The position numbers and the translations under genes were made by a program. This document shows, piece by piece, positions 1 through 9,547 of a stretch of DNA of 64,000 nucleotides. Location of the stretch: assembly GCA_963793265.1 (NCBI GenBank), contig CAWBZI010000001.1:1344001-1408000 (forward strand). The letters are read 5' to 3'. The stretch is from an uncultured cyanobacterium. Its GTDB lineage: Bacteria > Cyanobacteriota > Cyanobacteriia > Phormidesmidales > Phormidesmidaceae. Below the pieces are notes generated by a model. It was not told the origin of the DNA, searched no databases, and was given only the letters and a program-made list of their open reading frames with translations. Position 1 is the first letter of the stretch. Each line of letters begins with the position of its first letter.

Positions 1-9
1 AAGGCCAAA

Positions 10-321
10 ATGGACGCCAAATCTCCCCAAGAAAACGACCTGCTCAGCTATGTAAAGACGATGGATCCTGATACCATCACGCAGCTATCACGCCCTGATT
101 CTGCTGAAGTTATGCAGGTTATAGAGCATAACGTTATTGGTTTGCTAGGTGGACTGCCCTCTCAAAACTTTGACGTTACCGTCACCACGAACCGAGAAAA
201 CTTAGGCAGGTTGCTAGCCTCAGCGATGATGAGTGGCTACTTTTTACGCGGCGCAGAACAGCGTTTGAAATTTGAAGAGCAGTTTTCCGAGTCGCTATTT
301 GACGACAGCAATCTGTCATAG
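10..321 (+). CDS. DUF760 family protein (may begin upstream of the window)
   Basis: Motif 'NVIGLLGGLP..F.VTVTT.RENLGRLLASAMMSGYFLR.AEQR' is typical of cyanobacterial DUF760. The frame is open to position 1. Confidence 0.85.
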   Translation: MDAKSPQENDLLSYVKTMDPDTITQLSRPDSAEVMQVIEHNVIGLLGGLPSQNFDVTVTTNRENLGRLLASAMMSGYFLRGAEQRLKFEEQFSESLFDDSNLS

Positions 322-337
322 CAGCTAGGTCTTTTCA

Positions 338-1528
338 ATGCCTCGCCGCACCTCATCTCATAGCAAAAAACAAAGCTCGGTGGAGACTTCTCTGCCGAGC
401 TTGCTAGTGTCTGGAGATATTGCGTCTGAAGGCATTACGTCTGAAAGCACTATCGCTGAAAATATCGTTACAGACCTCCGAGCGCAGCTTCTGAGCTGGT
501 ACGCCTCTCAAGGCCGCGATCTTCCCTGGCGAAGAACCCAAGATCCCTATGCCATTTGGATCTCGGAAATTATGCTTCAGCAGACCCAGGTCAAAACGGT
601 TATTCCGTACTACGAGCGCTGGCTAGAAAAGTTTCCCACCGTAGAAGCCCTAGCTGCCGCCAATCAGCAGACGGTACTCAAGCTGTGGGAAGGTCTTGGT
701 TACTACGCCAGGGCCAGGAACTTACACAAAGCAGCTCAGCAGGTAGCCCACGAGCAAAAAGGTAAATTTCCCACCGATTTAGAAGGGGCTCAGGCCCTTA
801 AAGGCATTGGCCGCACCACCGCAGGCGGCATCCTCAGCGCAGCTTTCAACCTCCCTACCCCAATACTCGACGGCAATGTCAAGCGCGTTCTTGCCCGCCT
901 GGTCGCCTTCCCATTCGTCCCAAACAAAGCCCTAAATCAGCTCTGGCAGATCTCCGAACAGCTCCTCGATCCGCAGCACCCACGAGACTTTAACCAGGCC
1001 ATCATGGACTTAGGCGCAACCTTATGTACGCGCCACAATCCCGCCTGCCTGCTTTGCCCATGGCAACCCCACTGCGCAGCGTACAATCAAAATGCCGTAA
1101 CCGACTTTCCCATGACAGAATCTCGTAAGCCTATTCCTCACAAGCAAATTGGCGTTGCCGTTATCACTGATGCCCAGGGCAATATCTTGATTGATCGACG
1201 CAAGCAAGAAGGGCTATTAGGCGGGCTTTGGGAATTTCCTGGTGGCAAGATTGAGCCCGGAGAGAGCGTAGAAGCCTGTGTGAAGCGGGAAATTATGGAG
1301 GAGTTGGGAATTGAGATTGAGGTGGGAAGTCGCCTCATCACCATTGACCATGCCTACACCCATTTCAGAGTCACCCTCAATGTATTTAACTGCACACACC
1401 TCAGCGGCGAGCCAAAGCCAATAGAATGCGACGAAGTGAAGTGGGTCACCCTTGATGAGATTGAAGAGTATCCATTTCCGAAGGCGAACGGTCAGATTAT
1501 TGAGGCGATGAAGCAGCAAGCTGAGTAG
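338..1528 (+). CDS. mutY: A/G-specific adenine glycosylase fused to a C-terminal MutT/NUDIX domain
   Basis: 'RDLPWR..DPYAIWISEIMLQQTQV', HhH 'LKGIGRTTAG', 'LDGNVKRV', 4Fe-4S motif C-X6-C-X2-C-X5-C, and Nudix box 'GGKIEPGESVEACVKREIMEELG'. Confidence 0.95.
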   Translation: MPRRTSSHSKKQSSVETSLPSLLVSGDIASEGITSESTIAENIVTDLRAQLLSWYASQGRDLPWRRTQDPYAIWISEIMLQQTQVKTVIPYYERWLEKFPTVEALAAANQQTVLKLWEGLGYYARARNLHKAAQQVAHEQKGKFPTDLEGAQALKGIGRTTAGGILSAAFNLPTPILDGNVKRVLARLVAFPFVPNKALNQLWQISEQLLDPQHPRDFNQAIMDLGATLCTRHNPACLLCPWQPHCAAYNQNAVTDFPMTESRKPIPHKQIGVAVITDAQGNILIDRRKQEGLLGGLWEFPGGKIEPGESVEACVKREIMEELGIEIEVGSRLITIDHAYTHFRVTLNVFNCTHLSGEPKPIECDEVKWVTLDEIEEYPFPKANGQIIEAMKQQAE

Positions 1529-1541
1529 GGAAGTAATCGCA

Positions 1542-1883
1542 ATGGAAGCGCCAAACGAGCTATTATTCTCGATAGAAAAAGCAATCTACTTGTTCACGCG
1601 AGAATCACAACCTGGCAAAGGTGGCGATAAGCAAAAGTTTTGGAGAGAGGTTTTAGGTTTTAGCTCGCCTGAAGGCATTCGAGATGCCATATTAGAAAAC
1701 ACTAAGGTGACTGATTTAACGTTTGAAGAAGTTGATAAGTATGGCGATCGCTATCAATCCGTCATCGAAGTTTGCGGGCCTACGGGCAAGTCAAGATTGG
1801 TTAGGGTGGGATGGATAGTACGCCATAATGAGAGCATTGCTAGATTCGTAACGGCTATTCCAGAGAGAGGGAGAAGTGAGTGA
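1542..1883 (+). CDS. DUF6883-like protein (putative toxin)
   Basis: 'EK..YL...G.DK.KF...LGF', 'KYGDRY....V.GPTG....V..GWIV....ARFVTA.P' pattern. Stop overlaps the next start (GTGA). Confidence 0.65.
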   Translation: MEAPNELLFSIEKAIYLFTRESQPGKGGDKQKFWREVLGFSSPEGIRDAILENTKVTDLTFEEVDKYGDRYQSVIEVCGPTGKSRLVRVGWIVRHNESIARFVTAIPERGRSE

Positions 1884-2269
1884 TGACGAAGTTCAAATTA
1901 TTTGATCAAGTGCAACTTACGGAGCCCGTAGCGCTGACAGCCTGGATAAGCAACGCTATAGATAACTCGGACGCTGCTCCAGAAGGAACGGTTGGCACTG
2001 TCGTAGAAGTTCTAGCACCAGATGAAGCCTTCTTAGTTGAGCTTTTTGGAGATTGGATAGTTTCAGCAGATACAAATGGGCTGCATAGAGCAAATGCCGA
2101 AGAAGAAGGTGCATTTAGAGAAACGATAGGGGTTGAGACGGTGCGCTCTGATCAAATGAAGCTAATTTATAGAAAAAGTGCGAAAGAGGATTTGTTTCAG
2201 CTACTGGAGGGTATGCCAGAAAGCTTGATTGAAGAGGTTCAAACATTCGCAGAATCGCTGCAGCGTTAA
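1880..2269 (+). CDS. DUF4926-like protein with a C-terminal DUF2281-like helix (putative antitoxin/immunity protein)
   Basis: 'FKLFDQVQL..PV', 'G.VGTVVEV.....AFLVE' pattern; tail 'LFQLLEGMPESLIEEVQTFAESL'. Coupled to the upstream ORF. Confidence 0.6.
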   Translation: MMTKFKLFDQVQLTEPVALTAWISNAIDNSDAAPEGTVGTVVEVLAPDEAFLVELFGDWIVSADTNGLHRANAEEEGAFRETIGVETVRSDQMKLIYRKSAKEDLFQLLEGMPESLIEEVQTFAESLQR

Positions 2270-2286
2270 GGCTTCAAGGAACATCA

Positions 2287-2556
2287 CTATATGTTTCTTC
2301 TGTCTGCATTTGTTCTGTTGTAGAGGAAGGCGATCGCTCTGTACAAAGGGTCGTAGCGCTCAATCTGAAAGTACCAGGGCTCAGATCCAATACTCTTCGT
2401 ATAGAATGTTTCAAACTCTGGGGTTTCCGCTGCTCGGATCTCTTTAGACACAAAGTCATAGGCCCTCAAGTTCAACCAGGTTCCGGCGACACGAACAGAG
2501 AGAATCCATAGGTCTGTAACTGATATGAGAAAGAACCAGAAGTGCTTAGATAGCAC
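2287..2556 (-). CDS. hypothetical protein or gene fragment
   Basis: 89-aa ORF starting 7 nt after the trpE stop on the same strand; no recognisable motif. Confidence 0.3.
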   Translation of the reverse strand: MLSKHFWFFLISVTDLWILSVRVAGTWLNLRAYDFVSKEIRAAETPEFETFYTKSIGSEPWYFQIERYDPLYRAIAFLYNRTNADRRNI

Positions 2557-2563
2557 GATGTTT

Positions 2564-4093
2564 TTATCCTTTCAGGCAGCGCACTGCTTCTAACATCCCT
2601 TTGGCTTTGTTGAGTGTTTCTTGATACTCACTTTTAGGCACTGAATCTGCAACTAAACCGGCACCCGCCTGTACGCTAATCGTTTGGCTACCATCGTCAG
2701 CGGACTGAACAACCATGGTGCGGATAGTGATTGCGCTATTGAGCTGGCCTTCAAAGTCGTAGTAGCCGTAGACGCCAGAGTAAGGGCCACGGCGGTCAGG
2801 CTCTAGCTCATTGATAATTTGCATCGCGCGAATCTTAGGCGCGCCGCTGACGGTGCCAGCAGGAAAGCTGGCGGTGAGTAAGTCCCAGGCTGTTTTGTTA
2901 GGGGCCAAATCACCCACTACGTTGCTGACAATATGCATGACGTGAGAGTAATTTTCTATCACCATCAGCTCATCTACCACGACGGTGCCGCTGCTGCATA
3001 CGCGGCCTAAGTCGTTGCGGCCCAAGTCAACTAGCATGACGTGCTCTGCAACTTCTTTAGGATCGGCAAGCAAATCAGCCGCATAGTCAGCATCTTCGGT
3101 GGGCGTTTTGCCTCTAGGCCGGGTGCCTGCGATGGGGCGTAGCGTGGCCTGCATCGGCTTACCGGCCTCTGTGCGGGTCGCTTTGACCATGACTTCGGGG
3201 CTAGAGCCGATGAGCTGCCAGCCGTTGAAGTTGAAGTAGCACATGTAAGGGGAGGGGTTGACCAAGCGGAGGGAGCGGTAGAGGTCGAATGGATCGCCGC
3301 TGTAGCTGGCCTGGAGGCGTTGGGAGGCGACGACCTGGAAAATGTCTCCGGCGCGGATGTGGGCTTTGGCTTTTTCGACGCAGGCGCAGAATTCTTCGGC
3401 GGTGCGGTTGCTGGTGTACTCCAGGGGCGGGGCGGTGCTCGCTTCGGGTGATGTCCACTGTAGGAGCGTGTCTTTTTCGCTCAAGGGAAGGCGAAGTTTG
3501 GTGATGAGGTTGGTGGCCAGGTCGCACGCCCCCTCATAAGCCGCCTGCAAATCCACTTCTTCCCCTCTCAAATCGGCATAGGCCACAGCCCACACTTTCC
3601 GCTTCACCTGATCAAAAATCAGCAGGTTATCCATCTGCATCCACAGCCCATCTGGCAAATCGCCTGGCTGACGCGGATAGGTGGTCACAGTCGGCTCAAT
3701 CCAGTTGATTAGCTCGTAGCCCCAAAAGCCAAACAAACCGCCGATGCCGGGCGGCAACTGGGGAAGCAGTACAGGCTTCAGCGGCGCTAAGCAATCTTGC
3801 AGAATATCGAATGGATTGCCGTCGATGACCTGTTGAGTTGAATCGCGGAAGGTCTGCGTTGTCTGTGCGCCCTTAGATTCGAGCACCCACATGGGGTCGC
3901 AGCCCAAAAAGCTATAGCGCCCTAGCGTGCCGCCCTCGACGGATTCCAGCAGAAAGCTATAGGGCTGACCGGCACAAACCTTGTACCAGGCGGACACAGG
4001 GGTGTCGAGATCGGCTACCCATTCTTGGTATACCGGCACAAAGTTTCCTTGTTTGGCAAGCTCGCAGAAGGTTTCAAAGTCTGGAAAGATCAT
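2564..4093 (-). CDS. trpE: anthranilate synthase component I
   Basis: 'DLDTPVSAW', 'FLLESVEGG', 'NPSPYM', '[10 protein letters not shown]', '[12 protein letters not shown]', '[11 protein letters not shown]', 'QAGAG.VADS'. Confidence 0.96.
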   Translation of the reverse strand: MIFPDFETFCELAKQGNFVPVYQEWVADLDTPVSAWYKVCAGQPYSFLLESVEGGTLGRYSFLGCDPMWVLESKGAQTTQTFRDSTQQVIDGNPFDILQDCLAPLKPVLLPQLPPGIGGLFGFWGYELINWIEPTVTTYPRQPGDLPDGLWMQMDNLLIFDQVKRKVWAVAYADLRGEEVDLQAAYEGACDLATNLITKLRLPLSEKDTLLQWTSPEASTAPPLEYTSNRTAEEFCACVEKAKAHIRAGDIFQVVASQRLQASYSGDPFDLYRSLRLVNPSPYMCYFNFNGWQLIGSSPEVMVKATRTEAGKPMQATLRPIAGTRPRGKTPTEDADYAADLLADPKEVAEHVMLVDLGRNDLGRVCSSGTVVVDELMVIENYSHVMHIVSNVVGDLAPNKTAWDLLTASFPAGTVSGAPKIRAMQIINELEPDRRGPYSGVYGYYDFEGQLNSAITIRTMVVQSADDGSQTISVQAGAGLVADSVPKSEYQETLNKAKGMLEAVRCLKG

Positions 4094-4188
4094 GAGAATT
4101 AGAAAAGGAAGGGGGCGATCGCGCTCGTTAGGCTCTCGGTCAGCAGTCGTTAAACAAAAGAATAGAACATTTGCCCGAGCAATCGATA

Positions 4189-4225
4189 AAACAAAAGGGT
4201 AGCCATAACAGCTACCCTTTTGTTT
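4189..4225 (-). terminator. intrinsic terminator downstream of psaD
   Basis: Perfect 15-bp inverted repeat AAACAAAAGGGTAGC-N7-GCTACCCTTTTGTTT with T-rich ends. Confidence 0.85.
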
Positions 4226-4259
4226 AACTTTTTATTCTGGAATAAGGTTCAAACGAGGA

Positions 4260-4688
4260 TCAGACCTCGAAAGTATTCTTGCCGCCAAACTTGATGGTCG
4301 CAGGATCTGGATTTTCGCCAATACGACGCTCTTTCTTGCCGCTGTAGCCACGGCCTTCGTTCACTTTCTCAGGCGGTACGCCATCGGCAGGGTGCAGATA
4401 CGTCGTTTCGCCATTAGGCAAAATGCGATAGATTTTGTAGTCGGTAATCTTAGGCTTGAACTTGGTCTTGAGCTGTCGGCTCAGCGCCAAACACTGCTCT
4501 TTGCGGGATAGATACAGCAGGTTCTCGCCTTCATTCATGATGGCCGCACCAGCCGTAGGCATTTCAAAGACCTGCTCTTTGTCAGAGGTCCAAGTAATTG
4601 CGTACTTTTCTTCAACAGCAGCCTTGGTTAGAAGGCCGCCAGTGCTGCCTCCAAACTTGGGCATCTTACCAGTCAGTTTCTCTGCCAT
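4260..4688 (-). CDS. psaD: photosystem I reaction centre subunit II
   Basis: '[35 protein letters not shown]', 'RKEQCLAL', 'YLHP.DGV.PEKVN.GR'. Confidence 0.98.
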   Translation of the reverse strand: MAEKLTGKMPKFGGSTGGLLTKAAVEEKYAITWTSDKEQVFEMPTAGAAIMNEGENLLYLSRKEQCLALSRQLKTKFKPKITDYKIYRILPNGETTYLHPADGVPPEKVNEGRGYSGKKERRIGENPDPATIKFGGKNTFEV

Positions 4689-4779
4689 GAATGAAATTCT
4701 CTCACTTCTTAGCTCACTTGGGATCGTATCATCGCCTTACGGACACTTTTACAGCCTCGCCAAGAAGCGTAACAGTTCG

Positions 4780-6882
4780 TTATGTAGCTTTGCTGTAGCG
4801 AGCTGATGAGGCTGTCTTGGCTGTTTTGGAGGTTTTGGGTGCTCTAGCTGATTTGGACGCGGCTGATTTGGCCGACCTACCCAACTGGCCCGGCTGCTCA
4901 ACGGCGGGCAGGGTGAAATGAATCTGGGTGCCCTGGTCTTTTCCAGCAGAAGTGGCCCAAATTTTGCCGCCAAGCCCTTCTACAATTTGCTGACAGATGG
5001 CTAGCCCTAAACCAGTGCCGCCAACAGAGCGCCGAAGCGCACCTTCTTCCTGGTAAAACCGCTCAAATACGGTTTCTAGGCGATCGCTCTCAATCCCTCT
5101 ACCGCTGTCGCTGACGGTGATTTCAACCATAGACTTACTGATAGGCTCAGCGTGAATCGTCACCTCACCATTGGCCTCTGTGAACTTGCAGGCGTTATCC
5201 AGCAGCTTTGAGAGCACTTCGACAATCCATTCACCGTCTGCACGCACGAAAGGCAGATCGTCGCTCAGGTCGGTTTCTATTCGCATAGAAGGCGCTGAGT
5301 CGGACGTGTTTTGCCAGCGCAGGCTGCTGAGCGCTAAATCGACGCACTCTTGTAGAGATAAGGATTCTAAATTCCACTCTACCCGGCGACTTTCGAGCCG
5401 AGAAAGGGTAAGGAAGTCTTGGACGAGCTTGCGCATTCGCTCGGCATCGGTCATGGCCGTATCGAGCATGATCTGACGCATATCGGCGTCCATGTCGGGC
5501 TCAGAAACCAGGCTCTCTAGGCACACGCGAATGGTAGATAAAGGTGTCCGTAGTTCGTGACCCGTAATGGCGATCAGGTTGCTGCGGGTGCGCTCAAGAT
5601 CGGCTAGCTGCTGGTTGAGATCTTCAAGATTGGCGTAGGCTTCAGCTTGAATAAGGGCCACGCTGAGCTGATTAGCGATCGCCTCTGACAGTTTCACCTC
5701 ATCGTCGTTCCAGTGCCGCCAGCTAGCGCTATCCAAATGCAGCTCAATCATCCCTAAGAGCCGGTTTTTGTGCACCAGTGGCACCATCAAGCAGCCGCGA
5801 ATTTGCCAGCGCCGCAGCCGCACGGTGGCGGTACTTAGCTCAATGCCCTCAACCGATTCGTTGATATCGTCAATTGCCAGCGTGGCATGATTGCTTTTTA
5901 CCCACTGATATAAAGGATTGTCTTTTAAAGGCCAGGCGACGCCCTCAAGCGAGTTGAGATTGGGCTGGCGGTATTCGTGCTGTACAATCACGTCTGCATT
6001 ATTCGGGGCGATGCGGTAGATAATGCAGCGGCTGACGTCCAGCACCCGTCCGAGCTGTTGGGTGGCGATCACAAATATTTCAGCCGGATTTAGCGACTGT
6101 CGAATGGCCGCGGTAATTGAGTTCACTAGGCGGGCTCTTTGCTCTTGGAGTGCGATCGCCCGGTACGCCTTGAGCTGCTTGTACTGACCCGCCTGCAAAT
6201 AAGTAATCAGCCGCTGCGCAAACGGATCGGTGCCCACTTCTAGGTCATGCCCCAGCACCTTTGGAATAAATCGCGTTTTTGCCGCCTTCACCTTTTTAGT
6301 CAGCTCAGGCCGATAAACCTGAATTCTATCTAGCAGCAGGTCAGCAGCCCGCAAACTTACCTGTCGGTCTAGCGTCCAAACCCCTTCAAACCGTCGAGTT
6401 TGATCTAAATGCGGCGTAGAAGCACCTTCTCCGGCAGCGCCCTCTTCTATAGCGCCTGCCAGCACATCTCGCTCTTCGTGCTCTCTACTCTCATCACCAG
6501 TAAGATGCTCGCGACAAATCAGCGCCGCGCTGTAGTGCTTGCCCAGTACCACCAAATGCCACTCCTGAGAAAGCGCATCCGACCCATCAAAGCTAATCTT
6601 TTCGTAAGCATCAACAGACTCGCTAAACTTAGTATCTGCCGCCGAGAGCACATACACCTGATCGCTAAGCTGACCAATGCGCTCATAGCGATGCGCCTCT
6701 TGTCGGTAGAACCGCTCCTGCTGAAAGCTTGCGATAATTAACGGCTTTTGTTCTGAACCTGCCAGCACCTGATCTTCCATCGCATGGGAGAGCGCTGTTA
6801 GTGAGGTTTTGAAATACATCTGAGAGCGTAGCATCGGCAGCGCCTCAAATATTTCTTCCACAATGGAAGTTGGATTACCCAT
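4780..6882 (-). CDS. sensor histidine kinase with DICT and GAF domains
   Basis: DICT 'YFK.SLTALSHAMED..IIASFQ.ERFYRQEA.RY', a GAF domain, H-box 'ITGHELRTPL', 'LLDNACKFT' and 'GGTGLGLAIC'. Confidence 0.92.
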   Translation of the reverse strand: MGNPTSIVEEIFEALPMLRSQMYFKTSLTALSHAMEDQVLAGSEQKPLIIASFQQERFYRQEAHRYERIGQLSDQVYVLSAADTKFSESVDAYEKISFDGSDALSQEWHLVVLGKHYSAALICREHLTGDESREHEERDVLAGAIEEGAAGEGASTPHLDQTRRFEGVWTLDRQVSLRAADLLLDRIQVYRPELTKKVKAAKTRFIPKVLGHDLEVGTDPFAQRLITYLQAGQYKQLKAYRAIALQEQRARLVNSITAAIRQSLNPAEIFVIATQQLGRVLDVSRCIIYRIAPNNADVIVQHEYRQPNLNSLEGVAWPLKDNPLYQWVKSNHATLAIDDINESVEGIELSTATVRLRRWQIRGCLMVPLVHKNRLLGMIELHLDSASWRHWNDDEVKLSEAIANQLSVALIQAEAYANLEDLNQQLADLERTRSNLIAITGHELRTPLSTIRVCLESLVSEPDMDADMRQIMLDTAMTDAERMRKLVQDFLTLSRLESRRVEWNLESLSLQECVDLALSSLRWQNTSDSAPSMRIETDLSDDLPFVRADGEWIVEVLSKLLDNACKFTEANGEVTIHAEPISKSMVEITVSDSGRGIESDRLETVFERFYQEEGALRRSVGGTGLGLAICQQIVEGLGGKIWATSAGKDQGTQIHFTLPAVEQPGQLGRSAKSAASKSARAPKTSKTAKTASSARYSKAT

Positions 6883-7066
6883 AGGAGGTTTGCTTATGTC
6901 CTAGCTCAAGGCGGCAAATGATAAGAGGCTGTGTTTAGGGTGGTTTAAAATTTTATGGTGTCTTAATAAGTACCGTTAGAATAGCAGGCGGCATTGACCG
7001 CAAAGCGCAGAAGTTAACTAAAGGTAAAACAGCCTTCCACAAAAACTTAAAAGACACTAGAGCAGC

Positions 7067-7113
7067 AAAAAGCGGTGGGCAAAGATCTACTAAGATCCTT
7101 GCGTCCACCGCTC
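7067..7113 (-). terminator. probable intrinsic terminator downstream of amt
   Basis: Hairpin AGCGGTGG...CCACCGCT with an inner GATC/GATC stem, followed by a T-tract on the minus strand. Confidence 0.7.
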
Positions 7114-7165
7114 TTCGGTTAGGTCAGCTTAATTTATCAAAAGCCTCGTACAGCGTATGAGGAGA

Positions 7166-8659
7166 CTAGATAATACCGCCCATATCGCTCGTGTCTTTGA
7201 GGAAACCGCTGTAAGCTTCCATGCCGTGCTCGCCAATATCTAAGCCTTTGAGTTCTTCTTCAGAAGAAACGCGCAGACCAATGAGAGACTTAAGCACAAC
7301 CCACAAAATGGAAGTCACAATTACGGTAAACAAGCCAATCGCTATAATCCCGATGATTTGAGCAATAAGCTGAGTTGGGCCAAAGCCAAAGAAAAGACCC
7401 AGGTCTTTATGGAACAAACCAACAGCCAATGTGCCCCAAATACCACAGACGAGGTGAACAGAAGTCGCGCCTACCGGGTCATCAATTTTGATGCTGTCAA
7501 AGAAGCCCACTGAGAACACAACGATTACACCTGCAATACCGCCGACGATGACTGCGCCCCAGTAGCCAATGCCACCACAGCCAGCAGTAATGCCAACAAG
7601 GCCAGCCAAAATACCGTTGATGACCATAGAAAGGTCAGGCTTGCCGCTGAGCGCCCAAGCTGTGAACGTTGCGGTGATACCACCGGCTGCGGCTGCGAGG
7701 TTAGTCACCAGTGCAATTTGAGGAACTGCGAGACTAGCAGCTAGCTCAGAGCCAGGGTTAAAGCCAAACCAGCCAATCCACAAAATAAGGCAACCTAACG
7801 TTGCAATGCTCATGTTGTGGCCGGGAATCGCATTCACGCCGCCGTTTTGGTACTTGCCAATGCGAGGGCCGAGGAAGATAGCGCCCATCAGAGCCGCCCA
7901 GCCGCCGACGGAGTGAACCACGGTAGAACCCGCAAAGTCGCTAAACGCAACGCCTTCGCCTAAGAAAGACATGTCGCTGAGCCAGCCGCCGCCCCAAACC
8001 CAGTGAGCCGTAACGGGGTAGCAAATTGCTGTAAGCAGAATGCTGAAAATAATGAAGCTAGAGAACTTAACGCGCTCAGCAACCGCACCGGAAACAATAG
8101 TGGCCGCAGTACCTGCAAACGCCGCCTGGAATAAGAAGAACACAGGGACGGTAAGCGTGAGCCCATCGACCAAAGTATCGGGTTCGGAGCCTGCTAGGAA
8201 GAAGCCGCTAAATCCAAAGAAGGCGTTGCCTGTACCGAACGCTAGCGCGTAGCCCAAAGCCCAAAATGACACGGTGGCTAAGGCGAATACGATTAGGTTT
8301 TTGGTGAGAATGTTGACGGCATTTTTTTGACGGCAAAAGCCTGTCTCTAACATGCCAAAGCCAGCGTTCATAAAGATGACCAATATGGAGGCCACCACAA
8401 TCCAGATATTATCTAGGACTATTTGCACGTCGCCAGCGATGACTTCATCTTGAGCGTGAGCTGCAAAGCCCCAGGTCGCGACGATTACAAACGCTAGAGG
8501 AATACAGGCTAGCCAGCCCCAGGCATATTTACGACCGAACGCGCCGCTTAAAGCGCGCTTAGCCATTTCGTTAAACGGCGGGACGTTGGCATCCCAAGGC
8601 GACGCGGCGCGCTTGGAAGACCTTTTTTTTCTAATTGTAAAATTGGACATTTTTGTCAA
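7166..8659 (-). CDS. amt: ammonium transporter (Amt1 type)
   Basis: '[21 protein letters not shown]', '[14 protein letters not shown]', 'GWFGFNPGS', 'IDDPVGA.SVH', '[12 protein letters not shown]'. Confidence 0.96.
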   Translation of the reverse strand: MTKMSNFTIRKKRSSKRAASPWDANVPPFNEMAKRALSGAFGRKYAWGWLACIPLAFVIVATWGFAAHAQDEVIAGDVQIVLDNIWIVVASILVIFMNAGFGMLETGFCRQKNAVNILTKNLIVFALATVSFWALGYALAFGTGNAFFGFSGFFLAGSEPDTLVDGLTLTVPVFFLFQAAFAGTAATIVSGAVAERVKFSSFIIFSILLTAICYPVTAHWVWGGGWLSDMSFLGEGVAFSDFAGSTVVHSVGGWAALMGAIFLGPRIGKYQNGGVNAIPGHNMSIATLGCLILWIGWFGFNPGSELAASLAVPQIALVTNLAAAAGGITATFTAWALSGKPDLSMVINGILAGLVGITAGCGGIGYWGAVIVGGIAGVIVVFSVGFFDSIKIDDPVGATSVHLVCGIWGTLAVGLFHKDLGLFFGFGPTQLIAQIIGIIAIGLFTVIVTSILWVVLKSLIGLRVSSEEELKGLDIGEHGMEAYSGFLKDTSDMGGII

Positions 8660-8790
8660 GCGTTCCTAACGCAAATAAGACAGTTCAGCAAATAGCCTTA
8701 GTCTTTAGGGCCGCTACGCGATCGCACAGCCCCATGACGGATTGCTCAAACTGTTGGTGCTTATTCCACCAAGTCTGAGCCCAGCAATCT

Positions 8791-8804
8791 GTATCGGCTG
8801 ATAC
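8791..8804 (-). promoter_or_regulatory. NtcA binding site upstream of amt
   Basis: GTA-TCGGCTGA-TAC matches the GTA-N8-TAC consensus, ~130 nt upstream of amt, an established NtcA target. Confidence 0.85.
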
Positions 8805-8971
8805 TTTTAATAGAGGAGTTACTACCCCAGATATTGTTTTTTGAACAGGTTTTAGGAAAGCTTTACAAAGCGACTCATTTTTTCTCTACTCAAGGGCACT
8901 TGCAGGCGGACTTTGTATCATTTCTGCAACATTGATTTTTCTTGATACCAAAAGGGTTTCAGCCAAAGATA

Positions 8972-9517
8972 TTAAGTATTGATCATATGCTTTAAATACT
9001 GCCTGGCACCGAGAGCCGCAAGCTGATTCTGCTTGTCATTTACCATTGTTTTGAGCTGCTGTCGGTAGTTTAGAACCTGTTCGAGCAGCGCTGGATTATG
9101 GGCAGCGAGCATTTGTACGGCGAGCAAGCCAGCATTTTTTGCATTGCCAATCGCGACCGTTGCCACTGGAATGCCGCCCGGCATCTGCACAATTGAGTAG
9201 AGAGAATCTACACCCGAGAGCGTGCTCGTTTTCACCGGCACCCCAATCACGGGCAGCGGCGAGAGGGCCGCGACCATACCGGGTAAATGCGCCGCACCGC
9301 CTGCGCCTGCGATAATGACTTTGAGCCCTCGGGTATGCGCTGTTTCTGCGTAGGTGACCATACGCTGCGGGGTGCGATGGGCCGATACAATGGCAACTTC
9401 GTGGGAGATTTGGAAATTTTCGCAAATAGCGATCGCGCCCATCATCGTCGGCAAATCCGAATCGCTGCCCATCACGATCCCAATCTCTATCGGTGCCCCT
9501 GCCTGTGGAGTTGCCAT
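8972..9517 (-). CDS. purE: N5-CAIR mutase
   Basis: 'GIVMGSDSDLP', 'SAHRTP', 'IIAGAGGAAHLPGM', 'SIVQMP.GIPVATVAIGNA.NA'. Confidence 0.97.
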   Translation of the reverse strand: MATPQAGAPIEIGIVMGSDSDLPTMMGAIAICENFQISHEVAIVSAHRTPQRMVTYAETAHTRGLKVIIAGAGGAAHLPGMVAALSPLPVIGVPVKTSTLSGVDSLYSIVQMPGGIPVATVAIGNAKNAGLLAVQMLAAHNPALLEQVLNYRQQLKTMVNDKQNQLAALGARQYLKHMINT

Positions 9518-9547
9518 AGCCTCAAGTTTTTCTCACTTATAGCGGTC

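Noticed and set aside
3201..3539. Several overlapping Arg/Pro-rich ORFs inside trpE
   Set aside because: Shadow frames caused by the local GC skew, with no motifs. The same applies to most short nested ORFs in the track.
8660..8790. Glutamine (glnA) riboswitch in the amt leader
   Set aside because: Hairpins are present, but I could not identify the conserved three-way-junction nucleotides. Kept only as an unnamed structure.
9287..9547. 87-aa N-terminal extension of nagA in the ORF track
   Set aside because: It is antisense to purE; NagA-like sequence starts at ATG 9548.
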